Source of the DNA: Candidatus Eiseniibacteriota bacterium
Lineage (GTDB): Bacteria > Eisenbacteria > RBG-16-71-46 > CAVPCR01
Assembly: GCA_963823555.1 (NCBI GenBank)
Contig: CAWGMA010000003.1
Coordinates: 256,001 to 320,000, forward strand
DNA: 64,000 bases
Reading direction: 5' to 3'
Shown: positions 28,335 to 38,372 of the stretch, in pieces
How positions within the stretch are numbered: the stretch's first letter is position 1
How the letters are laid out: each line of letters begins with the position of its first letter
Translations under genes and position numbers: made by a program
The notes under the pieces: model-generated
The model's database searches: none
What the model saw: only the letters and a program-made list of their open reading frames with translations
Told to the model about the DNA's origin: nothing

Positions 28335-29468
28335 ATCTACGAAGTCAGGCAGGAACGCAACCGGCGCGAACGGGCGCTGCTCGTGGGTATTGCGGAAGGC
28401 GGACTGCACGGCGGGTGGAAGGAGTCGCTCGAAGAGCTGGCGGAACTGGCCGGCACCGCCGGGGCCCGGGTGGTCGAGACCGTCATCCAGCCCCACGGCC
28501 GCATGAATCCCGCGACCTTCGTCACGCGCGGCAAGGTCGATGAGATCAGGTCCAAGGCCGCCCAAGCCAGTGCCGACATCGTCGTGTTCGATCACGATCT
28601 GACGCCGGCCCAGCTCCGCAATCTGGAGAAGGCGACCGGGCGCAAGATCATCGATCGTTCCGAGATCATCCTCGACATCTTCGCCTCCCGGGCGCGGACG
28701 CGGGAGGCGCGTATTCAGGTCGAGCTGGCCCAGCTCCAGTACACCTTGCCGCGACTGACCCGGATGTGGCAGCACCTGTCGCGCACCGGCGGGGGCATCG
28801 GCACGCGCGGTCCCGGCGAGACTCAGCTCGAAGTCGATCGCCGGCGGGTGCGCGAGAAGATCGCGCTCCTCAAGCGCAAGCTGGCCGACATCCAGAAGGA
28901 ACGCACTGTCCAGCGGCGCCGGCGCCGCAGTGTCTTTCGAGTGGCGCTCGTCGGCTATACCAATGCCGGCAAGTCGACTCTCTTCAACCTGCTCACCCGA
29001 TCCCAGGTGTTCACCGAGAACCGGCTGTTCGCCACCCTCGATGCGACCACCCGCCAGCTGGTGCTGCCGGGCCGGCATCTTGTCCTCCTCTCGGATACCG
29101 TCGGCTTCATCCGCAATCTGCCTCATCATCTGATCGCATCCTTCCGCGCGACGCTGGAAGAAGTCACTGAAGCCGACCTGCTCGTCCATGTCGTGGATGC
29201 CACCAGCGCCTACGTCATGCAGCACATCGCGGCGGTGCACACGGTTCTCGAGGAGCTCGGTTGCATGGCCAAGCCGCGAATCCTGGTCTTCAACAAGATC
29301 GACCTGATGCCGGCGGACGACATCCGGCTGATGGGGCTCAGGGCCTCGCACCCCCTGAGCCTGGCGGTCTCGAGCACCACCCGCGAGAACGTGGATGAGC
29401 TCATCCGGAACCTGCTCGCCGGGCACGCCCAGCACTGGACACGCCACGGTCCAGGCGGGGAGGAATAG
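28335..29468 (+). CDS. hflX: GTPase HflX (start probably ATC at 28335; first canonical start is GTG 28383)
   Basis: ELAELAGTAG, LDIFASRA, QVELAQLQY, GPGETQLEVDRR, GYTNAGKST, LFATLD, DTVGFI and NKID. Confidence 0.95.
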   Translation: MYEVRQERNRRERALLVGIAEGGLHGGWKESLEELAELAGTAGARVVETVIQPHGRMNPATFVTRGKVDEIRSKAAQASADIVVFDHDLTPAQLRNLEKATGRKIIDRSEIILDIFASRARTREARIQVELAQLQYTLPRLTRMWQHLSRTGGGIGTRGPGETQLEVDRRRVREKIALLKRKLADIQKERTVQRRRRRSVFRVALVGYTNAGKSTLFNLLTRSQVFTENRLFATLDATTRQLVLPGRHLVLLSDTVGFIRNLPHHLIASFRATLEEVTEADLLVHVVDATSAYVMQHIAAVHTVLEELGCMAKPRILVFNKIDLMPADDIRLMGLRASHPLSLAVSSTTRENVDELIRNLLAGHAQHWTRHGPGGEE

Positions 29469-29733
29469 CCGGAGCCCGGGAATTTCCCGGTTCATTCTCC
29501 CGCCAGGGGTGATTTGTCGCATGAGGACGCGCCTTTTCGCTTGCTCGAGTCGAATCCGGACTGGTAGCATCACGCCACGCGCGCCCTGGACATGCACCTC
29601 TTCGCGTTGCCAGGACGCCGGCGACTGTCTCGCGGACGTGCCCCGAATCCAACGATCCGCGACGCGAGGGCCTCTGCTCGCAAGAGCAGGGGCCCTCTTC
29701 AATGCATGGCGGGCTCTTTCCTCCCCGTCAAGA

Positions 29734-29762
29734 TTGACGCCGGACCACGATTCAGCTATACT
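29734..29762 (+). promoter_or_regulatory. Sigma70-type promoter TTGACG-17 nt-TATACT upstream of the peptidase
   Basis: ttgacg 29734-29739 and tatact 29757-29762. Confidence 0.7.
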
Positions 29763-30055
29763 ACAGTTGTCGGATCGCCTTCACGGACAACGTGTTGCGG
29801 CACCGAAGCCTCCCTGATCCAGCCGGTCGCGCCATCAGCGGTGGTTAACCTGTCTCCGGCAATCTTCGGTTCTCCTGGACCCGGTGTCACTCGCTTCGGG
29901 CGAGTGACCCATGCCGGCCACCCGGCGCCAGCGGTGGAGCTCATTCCCGAAGGCAAGTGGCGGCCCAGTGCAATCGCCGGCCCGTTGCCTTCGCCCTGCG
30001 TGTGCATCATGGACGAGCCCGCGCCCGAGAGCGGACTCGACAAAGAGGAGCAGTG

Positions 30056-32989
30056 ATGGCCATGAAGCGATTGGGATTCCTCCTCGCCATCGGATGTCTC
30101 ATGGTCGGTGCCGGTCAGGCGCTGGCCATCGTCCAGAGCGAGGACGCTCACGTCTTCGACATCGCCCTCCCGGAGACCCCGCCCATCGTCGATCCGGCGG
30201 GTATTCCGGGAGCCACGGCGACCATCGACGAGATGACCGCCCGCTACGGCGGCACCTGGCAGGTCGCACTCTGGGATCCGCTCTCGCGCTCTCCCGAGCT
30301 GGTGCTCGGCTCGGGCGTCGAGCTCGCGCCGGCGGGACTTCTCGCCGACACCGAGGCTGCGGAGACCGCCGACCGATTCGTCGCCGGCAATGCCGATCTG
30401 CTCGGCGCGGACGCTTCCGACCTGATGGTGGAAAACGTCGTGCGTGGGGCCGGCAAGGTGGCGGTGCACTACGGGCAGCGCTATCACGGAATCCCGGTCA
30501 TCGGCGGGCGCGTGCGCACGGTCTTCACCGAGACCGGGCGTCTCTTCGTCTTCGGCTCGAGCTTCCATCGTGGGATCGATGTGAACCCGGCGCCGGCAAT
30601 CCAGGGCCAGGAGGCCGAGGGCATCGCGCGCGCGGCGTTGCCCTTCAACCCGGCGACCGACCGCGTGCTCTCCGCGCCCGAGCTCCTCGTCCTGCCGGTT
30701 CCCGGCGGCGAGAGCGGGGTCGAGTACCACCTCGTGTGGCGGATGACGGTGGCGACGGCCGAGCCCTACGGGGCCTGGGTGTCCCATGTCGACGCCCACT
30801 CGGGTCAGATCATCTGGCGCTACAACGACGTCCACAATGCCTACTCCGGGACGGTGACCGGAGTGGTCGACGAGGGCAGCGGCTACTGCGCGGGCCCGGC
30901 TCCCGACCCGTGGCCGCTCAGCGAAATGACGGTGACCGTGACCGGGGCCGGGACCGCGACCACCGATATCAACGGTGATTTCTCGATCGCCGGTACCGGC
31001 GGCAATCGCGCCGTGACCTGCCAGTTCGACGGCACCAACCTCAACGTCAACGACGTTCAGTTCGGGGATGCCGTCTTCAACGGGACGATCCAGGAGGACG
31101 TGCCGCTCGCGATCAACTTCACGGATGCCACGCCGTCGCGGCGCGCCGAGCGCGATTGCTTCTACTGGATCAACGCCACCAACCGCTTCATCACCGGCAT
31201 CGATCCCACCTGGAGCATTCCCAAGCACAATGCCAACGTCAACGTCAACTCGAGCTGCAACGCCAACTGGACGACGTGGACGATGAACTTCTTCCGCGAG
31301 GGCGGCGGTTGCGCCAACACCGGCATCATCAACGATGTCATGGCGCACGAGTACGGTCACGGCATCCAGTACACGCTCCTCGGCGGCCAGGGTGGAGAGG
31401 GCCTCGGCGAGGGCAACTCGGACATCTCGGGCAGCCTCATGATCGACGACTCGGTCATCGGTCGTGGCTTCTACCTGAACAACTGCACGAGCGGGATCCG
31501 CGATTGCGAGAACACGCTGCGCTACCCCGGAGACGTGGTCGGTCAGCCCATCCACTCGGCCGGGCGCGTGATCTGCGGGTTCAACTGGGATTCGCGGCAG
31601 GCGCTCGAGCTGTCGCTCGGTCCGGAGCAGGGCAAGGCGACCATCGCCGATCTCTGGCACTTCAGCCGCAAGGTCCTCCGTCCCCAGACCCAGCCGGATC
31701 AGGTGCTCGCCTACTTCATCACCGATGACGACGACGGCAACGTGAACAACGGCACCCCGCACTACGATGAGCTGTGCGAGGGGGCGATGAACCACGGCTT
31801 CTCCTGCCCGGAGATCCTCATCGTCCAGGTCCAGCACACGCCGCCGCACTCGACGACCGACCACGTGAACGCCTTCACCATCGAGGCCAACGTCGTGGCC
31901 TACCAGGGTGCGATCGAGGACGTGCGGCTCTTCTACCGGATCGACGGCGGGGCGTTCACCGAGGAGCCGATGACGAGCTCCGGCCCGGACACGTACTCGG
32001 CAGAGATCCCGCCGCAGGCGCAGGACGCCTCGGTCGAGTACTACATCTACAGCCGGAACGACGAGGGCTTCGAGCGGACCTCGCCGCCCGATGCCCCGAA
32101 CACGTTGCACCAGTTCTTCGTGGCGACGGTCGTCGACGAGCTCGAGATCAACTCCGGCTGGACCGTCGGCGCCCCGGGCGACAACGCCACGACCGGGATC
32201 TGGGTGCGCGTGGATCCCAACGGCACCGCCGCGCAGCCGGAGGATGACTACACGCCGGCGCCGGGCGTCAACTGCTTCGTCACCGGCCAGGGCACACCGG
32301 GCGGCGCGATCGGCGAGAATGACGTGGACGGCGGGACGACCTCGCTCCTGACGCCGGTCTACGATCTCTCGCAGGCGACCCAGAACTGCAAGGTGGCGTA
32401 CTACCGCTGGTACTCGAACAACCGCGGCAGCTCGCCCAACGCCGACAACTGGGTGGTCGATGTCTCGAACGACGGCGGTGTCAACTGGACGAGCGTCGAG
32501 AACATCAATCCGCCGGACACCCAGCAGAACACCTGGGTGCCGATCGTGGTCGACATCGTGGCCCTCTTCGGGACTCCCGACCAGGTCCAGCTCCGCTTCA
32601 GGGCGAGCGACCTCGGTACGGGGTCGATCGTCGAGGCGGCGGTGGACGATCTCGTGATCCTCACCAACCAGGCCTCGGCGGCGGTTTCGGAGCCGGCGGC
32701 GGCGGTTCCCGCCCGCTTTGCGGTCGGGCCGAACCAGCCCAACCCCTTCAACCCGTCGACGACCATCAGCTACTCGCTGCCGGAGCGGAGCGAGGTCGCG
32801 GTCACGGTCTTCGATGTCTCCGGGCGCCAGGTGCGTACGCTCGTGCGCGCGGTCCAGGAGGCGGGCGAGAAGTCGGTCACCTGGAACGGCCTCGATGACG
32901 GCGGCCAGAGCGTGTCGTCCGGGGTCTACTACTACCGCGTCGAGGCGGCCGGTCAGGCGGCGACGCGGAAGATGGTGCTCGTGAAGTAG
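30056..32989 (+). CDS. Secreted thermolysin-clan (M4/M36-like) metallopeptidase with propeptide and C-terminal FlgD-Ig domain
   Basis: Signal peptide, FTP/PepSY-like YGQRYHGIPV and VDAHSGQII, HEYGH plus GEGNSD zinc ligands, and C-terminal PNPFNPSTTISYSL...SSGVYYYRV. SD GAGGAG 30045-30050. Confidence 0.85.
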   Translation: MAMKRLGFLLAIGCLMVGAGQALAIVQSEDAHVFDIALPETPPIVDPAGIPGATATIDEMTARYGGTWQVALWDPLSRSPELVLGSGVELAPAGLLADTEAAETADRFVAGNADLLGADASDLMVENVVRGAGKVAVHYGQRYHGIPVIGGRVRTVFTETGRLFVFGSSFHRGIDVNPAPAIQGQEAEGIARAALPFNPATDRVLSAPELLVLPVPGGESGVEYHLVWRMTVATAEPYGAWVSHVDAHSGQIIWRYNDVHNAYSGTVTGVVDEGSGYCAGPAPDPWPLSEMTVTVTGAGTATTDINGDFSIAGTGGNRAVTCQFDGTNLNVNDVQFGDAVFNGTIQEDVPLAINFTDATPSRRAERDCFYWINATNRFITGIDPTWSIPKHNANVNVNSSCNANWTTWTMNFFREGGGCANTGIINDVMAHEYGHGIQYTLLGGQGGEGLGEGNSDISGSLMIDDSVIGRGFYLNNCTSGIRDCENTLRYPGDVVGQPIHSAGRVICGFNWDSRQALELSLGPEQGKATIADLWHFSRKVLRPQTQPDQVLAYFITDDDDGNVNNGTPHYDELCEGAMNHGFSCPEILIVQVQHTPPHSTTDHVNAFTIEANVVAYQGAIEDVRLFYRIDGGAFTEEPMTSSGPDTYSAEIPPQAQDASVEYYIYSRNDEGFERTSPPDAPNTLHQFFVATVVDELEINSGWTVGAPGDNATTGIWVRVDPNGTAAQPEDDYTPAPGVNCFVTGQGTPGGAIGENDVDGGTTSLLTPVYDLSQATQNCKVAYYRWYSNNRGSSPNADNWVVDVSNDGGVNWTSVENINPPDTQQNTWVPIVVDIVALFGTPDQVQLRFRASDLGTGSIVEAAVDDLVILTNQASAAVSEPAAAVPARFAVGPNQPNPFNPSTTISYSLPERSEVAVTVFDVSGRQVRTLVRAVQEAGEKSVTWNGLDDGGQSVSSGVYYYRVEAAGQAATRKMVLVK

Positions 32990-33140
32990 CAACGGCCGGA
33001 AGGTGCGCCGGTCGGCCGGCGCGTCCGGCAAACCGTGGCGGGGCGGTGCGGGCGAGTCCCGCGCCGCCCCGCCGTCACTTTGCCTGCTTGCCGCCGGGAG
33101 CTCGCGGCGGCACAATGCCGGGCCGGGGGAGGGTGGTGAT

Positions 33141-33410
33141 ATGTCAAGCCAGCTCTATCAGGTGCGCAATCTCTACAGCGATCAGCGATTCAACGGCTTC
33201 GTCCTCAAGGCCGGCAAGAAGGCTCGAGTCCGCGTCGAGGTCGGTCCGATCGAGAACGGCAAGTACCGCGGCCAGGCGCTCCTGCTCGATGCCGGTGGGC
33301 GAGTGGTGGCCGAAGCCGAAGGCGATCATCCCGACGCGGCCTTCGATGCCGTTGTGGTCCGGCTCTACGACACGCATTTCAACTTCGTGGCGCGGATCGA
33401 CGGCGCCTAG
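33141..33410 (+). CDS. Small hypothetical protein (89 aa)
   Basis: GGAGGG/GGTG SD-like sequence, GC3-rich codons and globular-looking composition. Confidence 0.65.
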   Translation: MSSQLYQVRNLYSDQRFNGFVLKAGKKARVRVEVGPIENGKYRGQALLLDAGGRVVAEAEGDHPDAAFDAVVVRLYDTHFNFVARIDGA

Positions 33411-33581
33411 AACCGTTCCAGTCGCCTTGACCGTTGACGGGCCGAGCTTTGCCCCGGCGCGCCGTCAATGGTAGAATAATGCCCAGTCACTGGCTGTCTC
33501 CCCCGTTCCCGCCGGTGTCCCGCCCCCGCTAGGTCCCGGCACGGGGTGAATTCCCCCGGGAGCGGCACCCTGAAGCTGATC

Positions 33582-35852
33582 ATGTCCATCCCACTTCGAG
33601 ATTCCCGCCTGGACCCGCCGCCTGCGCGTCTCCGCGGTGCCCGGTCCTGGAAGCGGTCCAGGGCGGCCGTCCTCCTCGCGATCGGCCTCGTGGCGCTCGC
33701 CTGCTCCTCGACGGTCGAGCCGCCCGAGCTACCGGCCGACTCCACCCCGCCCACGGTCGTGCAGACCACTCCGATCGCCGGTGCCGCCGATATCGATACC
33801 GCCGCTACGATCATCGTTGTCTTCAGCGAGGCGATGAATCCGTCCACCGTGCGGCCAGGATCGACGTTTCACGTCTCCACGCAGTCCATTGCCATATCAG
33901 GCACGGTGGTCGGCGACACGGATCAGCAACGGTTCGTCTTCATTCCCGACCATGCACTCCCGGGCGATCGCCAGGTCGATGTCATGGTTCGCGACGTCGC
34001 CTCAGCTGGCGGTGGCTGGCTCGAGGATCCCTTTGCGTTCTCGTTCCAGACCGGTGGCGAGAGTCCGGTACCGCCGCGTGTGCCCTCGAGTCCGTATCCC
34101 ACCGACGGTGCCAATGCGGTCCCGGTTGATACGATGTTCACGTGGACCGGTGGATCGGATGGCGGCGAACAGGTGGTCTACGACTTCTGGCTCGGGACCG
34201 ACGTCGAGAGCTTGGATCAGATCGCGACGGATCTCGCGGTATCCGAGTACGCCCCTGGTGCCCTCGCCCACGCCACGGCCTACGTCTGGAGGGTGGTGGC
34301 CCGATCGGCCGGCGGCAGCGCCGAAGGCCCGCCCTGGCGTTTCACCACGGTGCCGTTCACACCGGAGAACTCGCCGCCGGATACGCCGTGCAGCCCCTAT
34401 CCCGCCGATCAGGCGCCGTCGGTGGCGGACACGACGCGCCTCGCATGGGGCTGCGCCACCGATCCGGACGAGGATGAGCTCAGTTTCGAGGTCTATCTCG
34501 GCACCACCACGAATCCACCGCTCATGGCCACGGTGTCGTCCCCGCTCCACGTCCCGGCGACACCGCTCGATCTCGAAACCCGCTACTACTGGCGGATCGT
34601 CGCCGATGATGGGCGCGGTGGCCGGACCGCCAGTCCCTTGTGGAGCTTCACGACCGCCGCACCGGGGAACCAGCCCCCCAGCGCGCCGTGCAACCAGTAT
34701 CCCCCCCAGCTGGCGACGGGGGTCGCGGATACGACGCGCCTGGTCTGGGGCTGCGGCACGGATCCCGACGGGGACACGGTCGTCTTCGAGGTCTATCTCG
34801 GCACTACCCAGAACCCTCCGCTCGCCGCCACCGTGGCCGCGCCACCCTACGCTCCGCCGGCGCCCCTGGCGCGCGAGACGCGCTACTACTGGAAGATCGT
34901 CGCCGATGATGGACGGGGTGGCCGTACCGCGGGGCCCTTGTGGTGGTTCACCACCGAGCTACCCGAGAACCAGCCGCCCTCGGCCCCTGCTCCACCGATC
35001 AACCCGGCCGACGGCGCCACCATCGACAGCCTGGCCGTCACGCTCACCTGGTCCGGAGGGATCGATCCGGAACTGGATCCCGTGACCTTCGCGGTGCGCT
35101 TCGGCACGCAGACGCCGCCCCCCTTCTTCGCCGAGGTCTCGACCCGGTCCTTGCGCCTGGCCGACCTGGAATCGGATACGGACTACTACTGGCAGGTGGA
35201 GGCTGCGGACGATCACGGTCACACGGTGCCGGGGCCGATCTGGCAGTTCCGGACCGCGGAGCCGCCGAACACGCCGCCGAGCGTACCCACCGCTCCCGAT
35301 CCGCCGCACAACGCGAAGGAAGTCCTCATCGATGCCACTCTCACCTGGAGCGGCGGTGACGATGTCGAAGGGGACGCCGTCGAGTTCGTGGTCTTCCTCG
35401 AGCGTGGCGATGCCACCGATCCGGACTCGGTGGCCACCGTGACGGAAAAGGCCTACTCGCCGGTGCTCGAGGAGGGCGCCGATTACTTCTGGCGGATCGA
35501 GGCCCGTGATGAGCGTGGTGCGGCGACCTCGGGGCCGATCTGGCAGTTCACCACCAACTACCCGCCGGACGAACCCTGCAACCCGAACCCGGACGACGGC
35601 GAAACCGATGTCGGGATCATCGTCCGCCTGCGCTGGGGGTGCGGTCGCGATCCCGAGGACGGGCCCGAGGAGTACGACGTCTACTTCGGAACCACGCCGG
35701 ATCCCGGCGGTCCGATCGCAACGACCGAGGACAGGAGCTACTTCCTGGGTGGGGTCCTGCCCGAGACCACCTACTACTGGCGCATCGTGGCTCGCGATCA
35801 GCACGGCGCCGAAGCGTCGGGCCCGGTCTGGTCCTTCACCACCGAGGACTGA
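33582..35852 (+). CDS. Lipoprotein with an Ig-like (Big_5) domain and six tandem Fn3-like modules
   Basis: Lipobox ALAC and DSTPPTVV...VFSEAMNP (Big_5), then six ~100-aa units of the form P.P..P.P.dG...L.W...D.dGD..F.V.lGt...YYWrI.A.D.G....gP.W.FTT. Confidence 0.85.
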   Translation: MSIPLRDSRLDPPPARLRGARSWKRSRAAVLLAIGLVALACSSTVEPPELPADSTPPTVVQTTPIAGAADIDTAATIIVVFSEAMNPSTVRPGSTFHVSTQSIAISGTVVGDTDQQRFVFIPDHALPGDRQVDVMVRDVASAGGGWLEDPFAFSFQTGGESPVPPRVPSSPYPTDGANAVPVDTMFTWTGGSDGGEQVVYDFWLGTDVESLDQIATDLAVSEYAPGALAHATAYVWRVVARSAGGSAEGPPWRFTTVPFTPENSPPDTPCSPYPADQAPSVADTTRLAWGCATDPDEDELSFEVYLGTTTNPPLMATVSSPLHVPATPLDLETRYYWRIVADDGRGGRTASPLWSFTTAAPGNQPPSAPCNQYPPQLATGVADTTRLVWGCGTDPDGDTVVFEVYLGTTQNPPLAATVAAPPYAPPAPLARETRYYWKIVADDGRGGRTAGPLWWFTTELPENQPPSAPAPPINPADGATIDSLAVTLTWSGGIDPELDPVTFAVRFGTQTPPPFFAEVSTRSLRLADLESDTDYYWQVEAADDHGHTVPGPIWQFRTAEPPNTPPSVPTAPDPPHNAKEVLIDATLTWSGGDDVEGDAVEFVVFLERGDATDPDSVATVTEKAYSPVLEEGADYFWRIEARDERGAATSGPIWQFTTNYPPDEPCNPNPDDGETDVGIIVRLRWGCGRDPEDGPEEYDVYFGTTPDPGGPIATTEDRSYFLGGVLPETTYYWRIVARDQHGAEASGPVWSFTTED
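34370..34960 (+). repeat. Tandem 300-bp internal duplication (Fn3-like modules 2 and 3)
   Basis: Identical anchors exactly 300 bp apart: acgacgcgcc 34431/34731, gtctatctcg 34491/34791 and cgctactact 34581/34881. Confidence 0.85.
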
Positions 35853-35876
35853 TTCCCCAGCCTTGCTTCCTCCAGG

Positions 35877-36755
35877 TCAGACCGCCGCAGCTCCGGCCAT
35901 GGCCCGCAGGCGCTGGACGCGCTCGGCCATCGGCGGATGGGTGGAGAAGAGCGCGGCGAGCCCACCGCCCCGGAGCGGGTTCACGATGAACATGTGCGCC
36001 GTCGACGGGGTGGCCGACCGCATCGGCCGCTGAGTGGCCGCCGCCTCCAGCTTCTCGAGCGCCCGGGCGAGCCCGAGCGGATTGCTGGTGAGAACGGCAG
36101 CACCCGAGTCGGCGGCATATTCGCGACTGCGGGAGATCGCGAGCTGGATGATGGTGGCGGCGATCGGAGCCACGATCATCATGGCGATCAGGCCGAGCCC
36201 GCCTCCGCCCGAGTGTTCGTCGCTGCGGCGGCCGCCACCGAAGATCAGGGCCCATTGCGCCATGTTGGCGAGGATTGATATGGCGCCGGCGACGGTCGCC
36301 ACGATCGACCCGGTGAGAATGTCGCGATGCCGGACGTGGGCGAGCTCGTGCGCCATCACCCCTTCGATCTCCTCATCGTCGAGGATCTCGAGTATGCCGA
36401 CCGTCGCCGCCACCGCGGCATGCTCGGGATTGCGCCCGGTGGCGAACGCATTCGGCGTGTGGCTGGGAATCACATAGACGCTGGGTATCGGCATGCCCGC
36501 CTTCATCGCCAGACGCTCGACAATGCCCTTGAGCCGAGTTCCGGCGCGGGACAACTCGGGCGGCAACTTCTCGATCGGGACGGCGCGGTAGGTCGCGAGC
36601 ACGATCTTGTCCGAGAACCAGTAGCTCCCGAAGTTCATGACGCCGGCGAGGACGAGGGCCATGATGGCGCCCTCGCGCCCCCCCAGGGCCTGTCCGGCCG
36701 CGACCAGGATCCCGGTCAGGGCCGCCAGGAGGATGGTGGTCTTGAAAGCGTTCAT
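35877..36755 (-). CDS. htpX: Zinc metalloprotease HtpX (M48)
   Basis: [47 protein letters not shown] and LFSTHPP. Confidence 0.95.
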   Translation of the reverse strand: MNAFKTTILLAALTGILVAAGQALGGREGAIMALVLAGVMNFGSYWFSDKIVLATYRAVPIEKLPPELSRAGTRLKGIVERLAMKAGMPIPSVYVIPSHTPNAFATGRNPEHAAVAATVGILEILDDEEIEGVMAHELAHVRHRDILTGSIVATVAGAISILANMAQWALIFGGGRRSDEHSGGGGLGLIAMMIVAPIAATIIQLAISRSREYAADSGAAVLTSNPLGLARALEKLEAAATQRPMRSATPSTAHMFIVNPLRGGGLAALFSTHPPMAERVQRLRAMAGAAAV

Positions 36756-36894
36756 CTCTGGATTCCAATCGGGAAAACGAACCACTGCCTGTCTGGACGG
36801 GGATTCTGCATTCGCCTCTTTGGATCGGTCGGATCGCCGGCCCGTTTCACGATCAGACGTGCCTCCCGGCCTCGGACGGCGGCCTTCAGCCGAG

Positions 36895-38148
36895 CTAGCG
36901 CCAGGCTGAAACCTCCTCCCGGGCCCGGGTGGCGAGCCCCCGGAGTCCGCGCCGTTCCCCGCGGGCATTGGCGCGAAGCTCGGCATAGCGCTCATGGAGC
37001 AGTGCCGCCTGGTGGGCGGCGTCCAAGCTACCGGCCCGCTGGCGGGCACCGGCACCGAGACGGCAGGCGAGGGCGGGATCGCCGAGGACGTCCCGGACGC
37101 GTGCCGCGAATGAGTCCCCATCTGGCTCGATGAGCAAACCGCTCGTCCCATCGGCGATGAGGTCCACGATGCCCGGCCCGCGGACGGCGACGACCGGGCA
37201 GCCGGCCGCCATCGCTTCGAGCAGGGCAAGGCCCTGGGTCTCGGTCACCGAGGCGGACACGAAGACGTCGGCGGCGCGGTAGCAGGTCTCGATCTCCGGA
37301 TGCGGGATCCAGCCGAGGAAGCGGACATGAGCGGTGAGCTGACGCTCGCGCGTCATCTGCTCGAGACGAGTGCGGTCCGGGCCGTCACCGGCGATCACGA
37401 GCTCGATGTTGCCGACTTGCCGACGAAGCGCATGAAGCACGTCGAGCAGCCGATCGATGTTCTTCTCTCGAGCCAGCCGACCGACAAAGAGAAGCACGCG
37501 CGAGTCCGGGGCGATCCCGAGATGGATGCGGGCCAGGAGTCGATCGGCCGGAGCTGTCTCGGGCGGGATGGGCACGCCTGTCATCAGCACCTCGACCGGG
37601 CGGCGCACGCCGTACCCGATCAGGACCTCTCGAATATCGTTCGATGGCGCGAGAATGCGATCGTGCAGGTTGCAGAACCAGCGGCTGTAGGCCGGGGTGA
37701 TTCGCCGGGCCAGCCCGGCGCCAGCTTTGAGGTAGTGCCCGTACTCGGCGTAGTACGTGTGGTAGGTGTGGATCAGCGGTAGTCCCAGAGAGCGTCCAGT
37801 CTGGACGCCGGCGTAACCGAGGCCGAACGGAGTATGGGTGTGGACCACGTCCAGTCCGTGCTCCTCCGATAGCTGGCGGAGGCGGTGGGCGATGGGCAGG
37901 GCCAGTCCTTGAGAGCGTTCGGTGATGAGTGGAAGCGAAGGCACCCAGTAGATGGCCTCGATGCCTGGAGGCAGCGTGCTCGTCGAGCGCAGGATGCGCT
38001 GCGTCAGGAAGCCGGTGATCTCGTTGCGTGGCGCGAAGACAACGACCCTGGACCCAAGCCGTGCAACCTCAGCGGCGAAGGTCTCTATCGAGACCACGAC
38101 GCCGTTCAAATTGGGGCGGTAGGAGTCGGTGAAGAAACCGATGCGCAT
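36895..38148 (-). CDS. GT4 glycosyltransferase (diacylglycerol glucosyltransferase-like)
   Basis: [42 protein letters not shown] and [14 protein letters not shown]. Confidence 0.88.
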   Translation of the reverse strand: MRIGFFTDSYRPNLNGVVVSIETFAAEVARLGSRVVVFAPRNEITGFLTQRILRSTSTLPPGIEAIYWVPSLPLITERSQGLALPIAHRLRQLSEEHGLDVVHTHTPFGLGYAGVQTGRSLGLPLIHTYHTYYAEYGHYLKAGAGLARRITPAYSRWFCNLHDRILAPSNDIREVLIGYGVRRPVEVLMTGVPIPPETAPADRLLARIHLGIAPDSRVLLFVGRLAREKNIDRLLDVLHALRRQVGNIELVIAGDGPDRTRLEQMTRERQLTAHVRFLGWIPHPEIETCYRAADVFVSASVTETQGLALLEAMAAGCPVVAVRGPGIVDLIADGTSGLLIEPDGDSFAARVRDVLGDPALACRLGAGARQRAGSLDAAHQAALLHERYAELRANARGERRGLRGLATRAREEVSAWR

Positions 38149-38271
38149 CGCCCTACGGGGAACGGGACGTGAGTAGGAACCTCACCTGGCGGCCAGCCTC
38201 GACCTGAATGAAACCAGAAGGAATCTAGCATGGGGCCAGGAGAGGGAGCAAAGAAGGCTGGACCAACCCGC

Positions 38272-38300
38272 TTGATAGCTATACTGAAGTATGCTAATCT
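38272..38300 (+). promoter_or_regulatory. Promoter TTGATA-17 nt-TAATCT overlapped by the palindrome TAGC-T-ATACT-GA-AGTAT-GCTA (putative repressor operator)
   Basis: AT-rich island upstream of dinB; inverted repeat at 38276-38296. Confidence 0.6.
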
Positions 38301-38372
38301 AATGCATTGCTATGCGGTCAATCACCATTTATTTCAAATAGATAGCGGCCAGACTGCTTCGAGGTGGCGCCC

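Noticed and set aside
29756..33115. 1119-aa minus-strand ORF and other very long antisense ORFs (1798-4386, 12216-14996, 9959-12169, 47787-50525, 27858-29702)
   Set aside because: They mirror well-supported genes on the opposite strand, have no motifs, and are expected with high GC3 and few antisense stop codons.
34070..35850. CRISPR array or DGR-like repeats
   Set aside because: The repeats are in-frame ~300-bp protein modules with synonymous divergence; there are no spacers, cas genes or reverse transcriptase.
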